Below are positions 10,045 to 20,800 of a stretch of DNA of 64,000 nt, piece after piece. The stretch lies in the NCBI GenBank assembly GCA_027482685.1, contig JAIXVU010000008.1:68652-132651 (forward strand). The letters are read 5' to 3'. How positions within the stretch are numbered: position 1 is the stretch's first letter; every line of letters begins with the position of its first letter. This DNA comes from a bacterium (GTDB lineage: Bacteria > Patescibacteriota > Minisyncoccia > Phycocordibacterales > UBA5272). Made by a program: the position numbers and the translations under genes. The notes under the pieces are model-generated. The model had not been told where the DNA came from. It saw nothing but the letters and a program-made list of their open reading frames with translations, and did not search any database.

Positions 10045-10506
10045 ATGAAAACATATATTGCAACACTAGGGGTATCGATTGCTTTATTCTTTGGGTTTTT
10101 CTCAACTGCTTCCGCATACTATACAGAGTCATATCCGTATACATATAATAATTACTCTTACTATAATACTAATGCTAACTACAATAATAGTTATAATGCT
10201 AATTATGTAGTATCTCAGCCTCAGAGTTATACCTACACCAGCGGATGTTATACCTATTACTATAATGGATATACTCGCACAACGTCAGTTGTAAGTTATA
10301 ACTGCACAACTACATATAATTACCCATCATATCAATATCAGACGTACTATACACAACCAACATATAGTTACTATGTCGCACCAGCTAGTCAATATCAGAC
10401 ATATAGATACAATCGCGATATAGGTGGATGGTACCCAGGAAACTACATTTTTAACGATAATAACAATACATGTTACTGGTATGGAGGATACCAAGTTTGT
10501 AACTAA
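10045..10506 (+). CDS. Secreted Tyr/Asn/Thr-rich low-complexity protein
   Basis: Signal peptide ending ASA. About 37 Tyr in 153 aa and 4 Cys. Confidence 0.8.
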   Translation: MKTYIATLGVSIALFFGFFSTASAYYTESYPYTYNNYSYYNTNANYNNSYNANYVVSQPQSYTYTSGCYTYYYNGYTRTTSVVSYNCTTTYNYPSYQYQTYYTQPTYSYYVAPASQYQTYRYNRDIGGWYPGNYIFNDNNNTCYWYGGYQVCN

Positions 10507-10550
10507 CCAGTTAATAGTTAATAGTTGAAACCCAGATACAAATGTATAAC

Positions 10551-10582
10551 AAAAGAGCGACGCTGACAGGCGTCGCTCTTTT
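10551..10582. terminator. Bidirectional terminator; 26-bp core shared with 28170-28195
   Basis: AAAAGAGCGACGC-TGACAG-GCGTCGCTCTTTT. Confidence 0.8.
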
Positions 10583-10607
10583 CTATCATTACAATTTTGT
10601 TAGTTTC

Positions 10608-12014
10608 TTAATAATTTCTTAATCGTTCTGCTTTATCGTGACTTCGTATTTTTTCATGTACTTTTGCCTCAATCTGTCTGATACGCTCGCGTGTAACACC
10701 GAACTCCGCACCTACCTCTTCTAGTGTATGCATCACACCATCAAACTCACCTAATCCATTACGCATTTCTACTATCTTGCGTTCCTTCGGTGAAAGATCA
10801 TCTAGTATCTCGTTAATCTGATCTGCAAGTATTCGATGTGACGCTTCGGCGTCTGGTGAGAGTATCTTATCATCTGCGATAAATTCACCAAGTGTTGACT
10901 TGTCATCATCATCACCGATTGGCTTCTCAAGAGAAACAGTATCTTGGTTGATATTTTCTATAACGTGTATCTTCTCTACATCCACTCCCATCTCCATCGC
11001 AATTTCTTCTGCAAGCGGGTCGCGTCCAAGGTCCTGTGAGAGACGACGAACGACTTGCTTGTACTTAGCAATAGTTTCTACCATGTGCACAGGGATACGG
11101 ATAGTACGTGACTGATCAGCGAGTGCTCGTGTGATAGCTTGTCTAATCCACCATGTCGCATAGGTTGAGAACTTGAACCCCTTGTTCCAGTCGAACTTTT
11201 CTACTGCCTTAAATAGGCCGAGATTACCCTCTTGAATAAGATCAAGTAGTGTTAAGTCAGAACTACGTCCAACATATTTCTTTGCAATGGAAACAACAAG
11301 ACGAAGGTTAGCCTTTGCAAGTAATGCTGTTGCCTCTGGATCACCTTTTTCGATACGGACAGCAAGCTCACGCTCGTTATCCCCTGAGATGAGTGGGTAC
11401 TGACCAATCTCACGAAGGTACATCTGGATACTATCATGAGTACTATCACTGCCAGCAAGTTTGGTAAGGTCATCATCCATATCCAGAAGGTTACCTCCTT
11501 CTAGAATATCTATACCTGCACTTGATATCTTTTCATATAATTCTTCTAGATATAAAATATCCGTCTCGATTGTTGGAAAATAACGAATAATCTCATCATA
11601 TGTGATGAAACCACGCTCCTTACCTTTTGCAAGGAGTTCTTCTTCGTTCTGATCTCTTGTAAGAACTTTCTTAGTCTTTACTTCGGCTTTTGGCTTACTT
11701 GGGCCAGTCTTTATGGTAAATGCCTTTGGCTTGTACTTAGGCTTTACTTCAACCTTTGGAGAAACTTTCTTGACTGGTTGTTTCTTGGTTACAGCTTTCT
11801 TGGTTGTAACTGTTTTAGATTTTGATATGACTTTCGTTGTCTTCTTTGAGGATACCTTTGTCACAGCTTGTGACTTCTTGGTGAGAGGGGTAGAGGTTGA
11901 CTTTGTTTTTTTGACTACCTTTACCGCCTTCTTAGCTTTTGCTTTTGTTGCTACGCTTTTCGCTGTAGTTTTTTTCTGTACACTCTTTGATTTTGAAGAA
12001 ACTTTTTTCGCCAT
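10608..12014 (-). CDS. rpoD: RNA polymerase primary sigma factor with Lys-rich N-terminal extension
   Basis: [43 protein letters not shown] and TRERIRQIE. Confidence 0.97.
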   Translation of the reverse strand: MAKKVSSKSKSVQKKTTAKSVATKAKAKKAVKVVKKTKSTSTPLTKKSQAVTKVSSKKTTKVISKSKTVTTKKAVTKKQPVKKVSPKVEVKPKYKPKAFTIKTGPSKPKAEVKTKKVLTRDQNEEELLAKGKERGFITYDEIIRYFPTIETDILYLEELYEKISSAGIDILEGGNLLDMDDDLTKLAGSDSTHDSIQMYLREIGQYPLISGDNERELAVRIEKGDPEATALLAKANLRLVVSIAKKYVGRSSDLTLLDLIQEGNLGLFKAVEKFDWNKGFKFSTYATWWIRQAITRALADQSRTIRIPVHMVETIAKYKQVVRRLSQDLGRDPLAEEIAMEMGVDVEKIHVIENINQDTVSLEKPIGDDDDKSTLGEFIADDKILSPDAEASHRILADQINEILDDLSPKERKIVEMRNGLGEFDGVMHTLEEVGAEFGVTRERIRQIEAKVHEKIRSHDKAERLRNY

Positions 12015-12056
12015 AGGACGTGTACACGGGATTATACTACAAAGAACCCTAAAAGT

Positions 12057-13694
12057 CTAGGCCTGTTGTCCACTTTTTATGTGAGCATCTAATTCTTTCA
12101 AAATTGATTCATGGTTTGCAGAGGGGTCACGTAGAGATTGCTTGAGCTCTTCTGTTTTTTCTTTATGTACTTCACGTTTACATGTTGCAAGGAGATCGTC
12201 AAAATATTTTGCCTTATCACCTACAACCTTTTCCTCAAGACTAAACATTTCTTCTTGAATAATAGCTTCTGGGAACTGATGTATATCTATGCCAAGCTGT
12301 ATAAGTCTCTCATCGTTAAGAGCGTCAATAAGTGTCGCAAGAGCTACTATCTCACGGGCTAGCCGTTCTTTCTTTGGGACATATACAGTAGTTGCTTGTT
12401 CTTCTTCTCTTGCTACCGTTTGACCACGAAGTAACTCTTCTGTAAGAATAGTCTCAGGAATAGAAGCGCGCGATGCGATGACTTTTATGAAATGAGCTTT
12501 ATCTATTGGAGACTGAAGAGCACGAACAAATGGGAGTACGTCGGATACAATCTTCTGTCCTTGGATGCGTGTGTCAGCCTCTGTCTCTATTATTTTTGCA
12601 AGCATCAGCTCTATTACATGACGCTTGTTCTTTACAGCATCTATCCATGCATTCGGATTTTCTTTAATTAAATCTGCTGGGTCCTTCGTTCCGATGTCAC
12701 CGACGACATAGACATCAAGCCCACCAAGGAGGCACAGTAACGCAGTCTTCTTAAGAGCGTTTTGTCCTGCTGTATCTGTATCAAATGAAAGTATAACCGT
12801 ATCGCAAAAACGTTTAATAATATGTATGTGTTCATCAGTAAACGCCGTACCTGAAACTGCAACAGTATTATGAACACCTGCTTGATAGCTCATACAGAGA
12901 TCCATCTGCCCTTCTACCACAATAACTGCCTTGCTCTGTGACATTTCTTTCTTTGCAGTATCATAACCAAATAATATCTTGGACTTATGGTAAAGCGCAG
13001 TCTCTGGTGTGTTAACATACTTCCCTTGCGCAACCGTCGGGTCAACGAATTGTGGCATGATACGACCTGAATATCCAACTGTTGCGCCGGATACATTTCG
13101 TATCGGGAACATGATACGCCCGCGAAATCTATCATACCAACCTTTAACCTTTCCTTGTGCATCAAGTGCTTGTATCATCACGCCGGACAATTCCATCTCC
13201 TCTGGGGTATACCCCTTCCCTGCCAGATATGTGAATAGATCTCGCCATTCATTACGAGCATATCCTATGTGGAATGTCTTAATAGTTTCTTCTGTTAGTC
13301 CACGATCAATCAGATACTGTTTCGCTTCTGGGCTTTTGACGAGATTATTTTCAAAATGCTCTGTTGCGTCTTTTAGAAGTGTGATGAGTCTCGTGTCTTC
13401 TTTATTCTTCTGTGAGTCTATAAGCGAGACCCCTGCACGATCTGCTAGTATCTTGAGTGCTTCATAGAACGGAATGTTTTCAATTTTCTCCACGAAAGAA
13501 AAGATGTCACCGGACGCTTGGCATCCGAAACAATGAAAACTCTTTCGTTCAGGTGAAACATAAAATGATGGCGTACGTTCGTTATGGAATGGACACCTCG
13601 CACGAAATTGCGCTCCTGACTTCTCAAGCCTGATATACGTAGATACAACATCAACAATAGAGAGATTTTCCTTCACCTGGTCCTTGGGGTTCAT
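12057..13694 (-). CDS. dnaG: DNA primase
   Basis: CPFH..RTPSF...CFGC zinc finger, DRFRGRIMFPI, TOPRIM VVEGQMD and FDTD.AG. Lies upstream of rpoD. Confidence 0.97.
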   Translation of the reverse strand: MNPKDQVKENLSIVDVVSTYIRLEKSGAQFRARCPFHNERTPSFYVSPERKSFHCFGCQASGDIFSFVEKIENIPFYEALKILADRAGVSLIDSQKNKEDTRLITLLKDATEHFENNLVKSPEAKQYLIDRGLTEETIKTFHIGYARNEWRDLFTYLAGKGYTPEEMELSGVMIQALDAQGKVKGWYDRFRGRIMFPIRNVSGATVGYSGRIMPQFVDPTVAQGKYVNTPETALYHKSKILFGYDTAKKEMSQSKAVIVVEGQMDLCMSYQAGVHNTVAVSGTAFTDEHIHIIKRFCDTVILSFDTDTAGQNALKKTALLCLLGGLDVYVVGDIGTKDPADLIKENPNAWIDAVKNKRHVIELMLAKIIETEADTRIQGQKIVSDVLPFVRALQSPIDKAHFIKVIASRASIPETILTEELLRGQTVAREEEQATTVYVPKKERLAREIVALATLIDALNDERLIQLGIDIHQFPEAIIQEEMFSLEEKVVGDKAKYFDDLLATCKREVHKEKTEELKQSLRDPSANHESILKELDAHIKSGQQA

Positions 13695-13805
13695 GTAGAC
13701 AGTGTATAGTTTATGGTCAATAGTTGCTAGTTGACAAAATTTCTATTCTAAAGCAAAAAGCCAACCTTGCAAGTCGGCTTTTCAAAGTAATGCGACATGT
13801 ACACA

Positions 13806-14003
13806 TTACTCGTGCTTCTTATATACACGGCATGCATAGCCTTTGTATTTCTTTTTTGCATCTGGTGACGCAATCTTTCGTTCACCAGCTGTCACGCACG
13901 CAGCATGAGACTTGAGCCCTGCCACGGTCTCGTAATGAAGCGTCACCATCGGGCCAGACTCAGCATGGAGACTATAGAGCAGTACCAAAACAATTACTTG
14001 CAT
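13806..14003 (-). CDS. Small hypothetical protein (hydrophobic N-terminus, 2 Cys)
   Basis: GGAG SD before ATG. Downstream hairpin at about 13755-13782. Confidence 0.55.
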   Translation of the reverse strand: MQVIVLVLLYSLHAESGPMVTLHYETVAGLKSHAACVTAGERKIASPDAKKKYKGYACRVYKKHE

Positions 14004-14064
14004 AAAGAACTCCAGTTAGTTGGCCAAGACACATCTATAGAATATTCCTTGTTTTTTAAAAATG

Positions 14065-14093
14065 CAAAAGTGGCGCCTACGGCGCCACTTTTG
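14065..14093 (-). terminator. rpoBC terminator
   Basis: CAAAAGTGGCGCC-TAC-GGCGCCACTTTTG. The core GGCGCCTACGGCGCC recurs at about 57303. Confidence 0.75.
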
Positions 14094-14122
14094 TTTTCTA
14101 TTTGTATTTCAGTAAACGTCAG

Positions 14123-14243
14123 CCGGTTTCAAAATTGTTTTAGATGCGAGGAGCTTAAAAATTTTTGCACGAGACGTACTAGGTTGTACGTTGAGTGCAA
14201 AAATTTCGTAGCGACAAAGCAGATGAAATAATTTTGAAAGCGG
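14123..14243 (+). repeat. Structured repeat family B, copy 1 (long hairpin with internal loops) abutting the rpoC stop
   Basis: TTCAAAATTGTTTTA-GATGCGAGG...CGTAC-loop-GTACG...AAGCAG-ATGAAATAATTTTGAA. The same motifs occur at 28236-28373. Confidence 0.75.
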
Positions 14244-17200
14244 TTATGCTTTCTTGTTACGAAGACCTGTACCAGCTGGAATAAGGCGTCCAATAATAAC
14301 ATTCTCCTTCAGCCCTCGTAGCTGATCAACCTGTCCACGAGTTGATGCTGTGATGAGCACTCTGGTCGTGTTCTGGAATGATGCACTTGATAGCCATGAG
14401 TCAGTTGATAGAGCAACATCGGTGATACCAAGTACAAGATGTCTACCTTTTGCTTCTGTTTGACCAAGAGCTTTTACACGAGAGTTTTCAGCGCGGAAGG
14501 TTGACACTTCAACAACATCTGACTGAGTAAAACGTGTATCTCCTGGATTAGTTATCTTCACACGTCCAAACATTTGCTTGATGATAACTTCGACGTGCTT
14601 ACGAGAGATAGACGCACCTTGAAGTTCGTAGACTTTGTTGATTTCAGCTACAATGTACTCTTCTGCAACTTCCTTACCAGCAAAGTTGAAGAGCTCATCA
14701 ATATCTGCTGATCCATCTGTTAACATCTGACCCTTCTTAACCTTATCTCCAATCTTTACGATTGATTGACGACGGAATGGTACCGTGTACTCAACTTGCT
14801 TACCACTCTTATTACCCTTTGATCCATCATCATCTGCTAGTAGTACAATAACTTTTTCTTTCCCTTCATCACGCATACCGATTATCTCTCCACTTTCGTG
14901 AGCAATAATTGCTGGGTTCTTAGGCATACGACGCTCGAAGATTTCTTCGACACGAGGAAGACCTTGTGTAATGTCTGCTCCTGCAACACCTCCTGAGTGG
15001 AAGGTACGCATCGTAAGCTGTGTTCCTGGTTCTCCGATTGCTTGCGCTGCAACGATACCGACTGCCTCACCTAGATCTACCTTCTTGTTACGCCCCATAT
15101 CAAGACCATAACACTTCTGACAGATTCCATGTAGTGACTGACACATAAGTGGAGAAAATACATTAACCTCGACAATACCCGCTCCTTCTATTGCAAGCGC
15201 ATCGTCTTTACTGAGAAGGTGATTCTTCTTAAAGAGCACTTCGCCATTAACATTGATATCATCAGCGATAACACGTCCACGAATATTCTTAGAGATTGGC
15301 ACCTCAATACCGAGAGCATTCTCTTTACGAATAAGCTTGCTTTCTTTTGTTCCACAATCAATTTCAGTAATGATTGCATCTTGTGCCACATCCACGAGAC
15401 GTCGTGTAAGATATCCTGCTTGCGCTGTCTTAAGCGCGGTATCTGAGTTACCCTTACGAGCACCATAAGTAGTGATGAAGTACTCAAGTGGAGTTAGTCC
15501 TTCCTTGTATGATGAGATAACTGGGAAGTCCAAGTTACGTCCTGAGTTGTTAACGATAATACCCTTCATACCAGCCATCTGAATAATCTGTGCCATTGTT
15601 CCACGGGCACCGGATGTGATGAGGTCATACACTGAACCATGTTTAGCTATTGTTGCAGGAAGAGCCTTCTCGATACGTGCACGCACTCCTTGCCATACTT
15701 CAATAACTTTTTCATAACGTTCTTCTTGTGAAAGAAGACCCTCTTCATAATCACTTTCAATACGCGCAGCTTTTGACCAACCTTCAGCAACAAGTTCTTT
15801 CTTCTCTTTAGGAATGGTTACAGCGTCGATATTCCATGTTGTACCTGATACTGTCGCATACTTATACCCGAAGGCTTTTATCTTATCTATAACAGAAGGC
15901 GCAGTCTCAAGACCGTAAGTCAAGATAACTTCATCAATAATCGCTGTCATCTTTTTGATTGTTACTTCTTCATTAATATATGGGAAGTCACTTGGGAAGA
16001 CAGAGTTGAAAAGTAGCCGTCCAACGGTTGTCTCGAAACGCTCACCATTAAACTTCGCATACTTCTCCTTATCAGTTGGCATGACAGAAATCTTGGCACG
16101 GAAAGAAACAACACCGAAGTCATACGCTGTGATAGCTTCATTAGGTGCTTCAAAATATTTTCCTTCACCTTTCTCTCCATCAATCTGCTTAGTCATCCAG
16201 TACGCACCGAGCACCATATCCATACGAGGGTTAACAATAGAATCTCCTGATCCAGGCTTAAGGAGGTTACGGTTAGCTGCCATTAGTGTACGAGCTTCCT
16301 CTTGTGCTGCAACTGAAAGTGGTAAGTGTACTGCCATCTGGTCACCATCGAAGTCCGCGTTAAACGCCTGACATACAAGCGGATGAAGCTGGATAGCGTT
16401 ACCTTCGATAAGCTTCGGATTAAATGCTTGGATACCAAGGCGGTGGAGTGTAGGAGCACGGTTAAGAAGTACATATTTTCCGTCAATACATTCTTCAAGA
16501 ATTGCCCACACTTCAGGTATTCCGTCTTCAATCAATTTGTTGGCACCACGAATGTTAAACGCCAGCTCTCTTTCAAGAAGCTTAGAAATAACAAACGGCT
16601 TGAAGAGCTCAAGTGCCATATGCTTAGGTAGACCACACTCATTAAGTGAGAGCGATGGACCAACCACAATAACAGAACGTGCTGAATAATCTACACGCTT
16701 ACCGAGTAGGTTACCACGGAGAAGCCCTTGCTTACCTTTCAAGTTATCAGAGAGTGACTTGAGTTGACGCTTCTGTGATTGACTCATAACAGCATCTTGC
16801 CCATGACGTGCTGAGTTATCAATAAGCGCATCAACTGCTTCTTGCAAGATACGCTTCTCGTTACGGAGAATAACATCAGGCGCACCAATTTCCATCAACT
16901 TCTTAAGACGATTGTTACGATTAATCACTCGACGATAAAGATCGTTCACATCTGATGCTGCATAGCGTCCACCTTCAAGAGCAACCATAGGGCGAATACC
17001 TGGAGGAATAACTGGAATAACAGTCATAAACATCCACTCAGGACGAATACCTGCATTTTGGAAAGCACGCACAAGTGAGAGTCTCTTCTCAGCCTTCTCA
17101 CGCTCAAGAGCTCCAGCTTTCTCAAGTTGAACAACTATCTTTCCTTCAAGATCTTTAAGATCAATTGTCTTGAATATCTCATAGATAGCCTCTGCTCCGA

Positions 17201-17837
17201 TACCTGCTTCGAAACATGTCCCATACTTCATTGCAAAGCGGTGATAGGTAAGCTCATCGAAAATCTTCCATGGTTTGATCTCTTCTATCTCTTTCTTTGT
17301 TGCAGTGAGGAGTTCGCGGAGCTTATCCTGAGTTTTTTCATCACTTGCTGACTTTACCTTTGCCTTAAACTCACTGTCTAGATTAGCAAGTATCTCTTCC
17401 TTGGCAGCTTGGTTAACTGACTTGATAACATATCCAGCAAAGTAAATAACTTTCTCAACATCTCCAACTGGCTGAGCGAGGATAAGAGCGATACGTGATG
17501 GTACGGTACGAAGGAACCAAATATGAGCAACAGGAGACGCAAGTTCAATATGCCCCATACGTTCACGACGAACGATAGATTTTGTTACTTCTACACCACA
17601 CTTCTCACAGATGATACCCTTGTAACGAATACGCTTGTACTTTCCACAGTAACATTCGAAATCCTTTTCTGGACCGAATATTCTTTCATCAAAAAGACCG
17701 TAACGCTCGGAACGTCCTGTACGGTAGTTGATAGTCTCTGGCTTTGTAACTTCACCGTATGACCAAGAACGAACTGCTTCTGGAGATGCAATTTTAATCG
17801 CGAGGCTATCAAAATTATTTGTATCGATTGTTTTCAT
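14244..17837 (-). CDS. rpoC: RNA polymerase beta' subunit
   Basis: NADFDGDQM active site, CYCGKYK zinc finger and GEPGTQLTMRTFH. Confidence 0.99.
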   Translation of the reverse strand: MKTIDTNNFDSLAIKIASPEAVRSWSYGEVTKPETINYRTGRSERYGLFDERIFGPEKDFECYCGKYKRIRYKGIICEKCGVEVTKSIVRRERMGHIELASPVAHIWFLRTVPSRIALILAQPVGDVEKVIYFAGYVIKSVNQAAKEEILANLDSEFKAKVKSASDEKTQDKLRELLTATKKEIEEIKPWKIFDELTYHRFAMKYGTCFEAGIGAEAIYEIFKTIDLKDLEGKIVVQLEKAGALEREKAEKRLSLVRAFQNAGIRPEWMFMTVIPVIPPGIRPMVALEGGRYAASDVNDLYRRVINRNNRLKKLMEIGAPDVILRNEKRILQEAVDALIDNSARHGQDAVMSQSQKRQLKSLSDNLKGKQGLLRGNLLGKRVDYSARSVIVVGPSLSLNECGLPKHMALELFKPFVISKLLERELAFNIRGANKLIEDGIPEVWAILEECIDGKYVLLNRAPTLHRLGIQAFNPKLIEGNAIQLHPLVCQAFNADFDGDQMAVHLPLSVAAQEEARTLMAANRNLLKPGSGDSIVNPRMDMVLGAYWMTKQIDGEKGEGKYFEAPNEAITAYDFGVVSFRAKISVMPTDKEKYAKFNGERFETTVGRLLFNSVFPSDFPYINEEVTIKKMTAIIDEVILTYGLETAPSVIDKIKAFGYKYATVSGTTWNIDAVTIPKEKKELVAEGWSKAARIESDYEEGLLSQEERYEKVIEVWQGVRARIEKALPATIAKHGSVYDLITSGARGTMAQIIQMAGMKGIIVNNSGRNLDFPVISSYKEGLTPLEYFITTYGARKGNSDTALKTAQAGYLTRRLVDVAQDAIITEIDCGTKESKLIRKENALGIEVPISKNIRGRVIADDINVNGEVLFKKNHLLSKDDALAIEGAGIVEVNVFSPLMCQSLHGICQKCYGLDMGRNKKVDLGEAVGIVAAQAIGEPGTQLTMRTFHSGGVAGADITQGLPRVEEIFERRMPKNPAIIAHESGEIIGMRDEGKEKVIVLLADDDGSKGNKSGKQVEYTVPFRRQSIVKIGDKVKKGQMLTDGSADIDELFNFAGKEVAEEYIVAEINKVYELQGASISRKHVEVIIKQMFGRVKITNPGDTRFTQSDVVEVSTFRAENSRVKALGQTEAKGRHLVLGITDVALSTDSWLSSASFQNTTRVLITASTRGQVDQLRGLKENVIIGRLIPAGTGLRNKKA

Positions 17838-17855
17838 AGTAGTTTGGTTACGAAA

Positions 17856-20800
17856 TTATAGAGACGTCTCACCTAGTAATTGTTCTGTGTATCCCTCTGG
17901 CTTAACAGGGTCTACATCAAGCGATAGTCCACGGAGTGTATTTAACATCACTGTAAACGACGCTGGTGTGTTAGGCTCTTGAACATCTTCACCTTTTATA
18001 ATGCTATCAAATGCAGCAGAGCGTCCTACGATGTCGTCTGACTTTACTGTTAGCATCTCACGTAAGATATGTGATGCGCCGTATCCTTCAAGCGCCCATA
18101 CTTCCATTTCCCCAAAGCGCTGACCTCCACCTTGAGCCTTTCCACCAAGTGGTTGCTGAGTGATAAGTGAGTATGGACCAATCGAACGCATGTGAATCTT
18201 ATCTTCAACCATGTGGTGAAGTTTCATAATATACATCACACCAACTGCAGTCTCTTGATTAAACGCTTCACCTGTTCGTCCATCATAGAGCTGAATAGTT
18301 CCTGATGCTGAATACCCTGCTTTTACAAGTTCTTCTTTTATTTCAGCATCACTTGCTCCTTGGAATGATGGAACAATAGCTTGATATCCAAGAGAATCTG
18401 CTGCAAGACCGAGGTGCATCTCGAGAATCTGTCCAAGGTTCATACGTGATGGCACACCAAGCGGTGTAAGAATGATATCTATAGGAGTCCCATCTGCTGC
18501 AAACGGCATTTCTTCTACTGGGAGGATTGTTGAGATAACACCTTTGTTACCGTGACGGCCTGCAAGCTTATCTCCAACTGAGATGTTACGCACTTGCGCA
18601 ACTTCAATATGAATACGCTTGATGATACCACTTTCAAGGTGATCCCCTCGTTCACGAGAAAATACTTTTACTCCGATGATACGTCCACGCTTACCATGAT
18701 CAAGACGAAGTGATGAGTCCTTCACATCACGCACCTTCTCACCGAAGATTGAACGAAGAAGTCTCTCTTCTGGGGTAAGTTCTGTCTCACCCTTTGGTGT
18801 AATCTTACCTACGAGAATATCTCCTGGGCGAACTTCTGCTCCGATACGGATAATACCGTCCTCATCTAAGTTCTTAAGCTTATTCTCTCCAACGTTTGGA
18901 ATATCATGTGTTGTGACTTCTGCTCCTAACTTCGTATCACGTACATTACATACGAACTCTTCGATGTGAATAGATGAAAACTTACTTTCCTTAACGAGTC
19001 TCTCTGAGAGAATGATCGCATCTTCGTAGTTCGCACCATTCCATGACATGAATGCCACACGAATGTTATGCCCAAGTGCAATCTGTCCATTATCTGATGT
19101 TGCAGCGTCCGCTAGTACTTGGCCTTTCTTTACTTTATCACCAAGTGACACAATAGGTCTCTGGTGGAAAAGGTTAAAGGCGTTTGTTCGAGCAAAGTTA
19201 ATGAGTGGGTACTCATATTCTTTTTTATCAGCCTTAAGTACTATCTTCTTAGCATCGACATACTTAATCTCTCCTGCTTCATCAGCTATAACAAGACGTC
19301 CAATATGCTTTGCAGCAACCCCTTCCATACCTGTAGCTACAAGAGGCGCTTCTGGGCACATAAGTGGAACTGCTTGCTTTTGCATGTTTGAACCCATGAG
19401 TGCACGTGATGCGTCATCGTGCTCGAGGAATGGAATCATAGAGGTTGCAACAGAGAATGCTTGGTTAGTTGCTACGTCGATGAACTCGACTTCACTCTTA
19501 GGTGCAAGTCCTGGCTGACCAACACGACGGATCTCAATTTCATCCCCTAGTAGATTTCCTTTCTCGTCATACTTATTCCCAGCATGCGCGATAATGTGAC
19601 GCTCTTCTTCAAGTGCGTTCATGTATACTATCTCTTTTGTAATCTTTCCGTCCTTTACTTTTACATATGGAGTCTCGATGATACCGAAATCATTGATACG
19701 CGCATAGTTAGAAAGACGAAGGATAAGACCGATGTTCGGACCTTCTGGGGTGTGGATAGGACATACACGACCATAGTGTGATGTGTGCACGTCACGAACT
19801 TCAAATCCAGCACGCTCACGTGTAAGACCTCCAGGACCAAGGGCAGAGAGAGTACGAAGGTGTTCAACTTCAGCGAGCAAGTTCTCTTGGTTCATGAACT
19901 GTGAGAGCTGGTTAGTAGTAAAGAACTCTTTGATACGAGCCTGTAGTGGACGCTGGTTGATGATAGCAATAGGAAGCGTGGTATCTGTATCAATAACAGA
20001 CATCTTGTCTTGGATGTTACGCTTCATCTGCATCATACCTGTACGAATCTTCTGTGCCATCATTTCACCTACATAACGAACGCGACGTGATCCAAGGTGG
20101 TCAATATCATCCTCTTCTGCGTTAGGATCATTGTTTAGTTCAACAATGTGTTTAATGATATCCACCATATCTTCCTTAGATAGTGTTCGGCGTTGTGCTT
20201 CTTTATCTTTAGGGTCAATAGACTTACCAAAACGCTTGTTGAAACGAAAACGCCCAACAGGAGAAAGGTCATAACGCTCAGGAGACACGATAGAGTCAAT
20301 GTATTCCTTTGCGTTTTCTGGAGTAGCGAGATCACCATCACGAAGTCTCTTGTAGATCTCTATATATGCATCATGAAGTGTCTTTACTTCATCACGCTCA
20401 ACTAAAGCAGAAATAATTGGTGAAGCTACTTCATGATCATTAAACGCTGCTTTTATTTGTTCATCAGTAGTGAATCCAAGCACGCGAAGAAGTGCAACGA
20501 CAGAGAACTTACGCTTCTTGTCGATACGAACATATACTCCACCGTCAGCTTCTGTCCCAAGTTCAATCCATACACCACGAGATGGAATGATTTTTGCACC
20601 GAAGTATCTTTTTCCTTTTGATTCTTCTGAGTCAAAGAATACACCGAATGATCGAGCAAGTTGTGGTACAACTACACGCTCAACACCGTTAATGATGAAT
20701 GTTCCATGAATAGTCATCAGTGGAAAATCCGCCATGAATATTTCCTGCTCTTTTGTAGTATTTAATATTTTGTTGGTGAGCTTCACACGAGCACGTAGTG

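Noticed and set aside
13806-14003. Possible ribosomal protein L33 (small, Lys-rich, ends KKHE)
   Set aside because: It has a hydrophobic N-terminus and lacks the L33 CxxC/NY.T.KN pattern. Kept as hypothetical.
13905-14231. 108-aa plus-strand ORF across element B
   Set aside because: It runs through a terminator and a structured repeat, and the translation is not protein-like.
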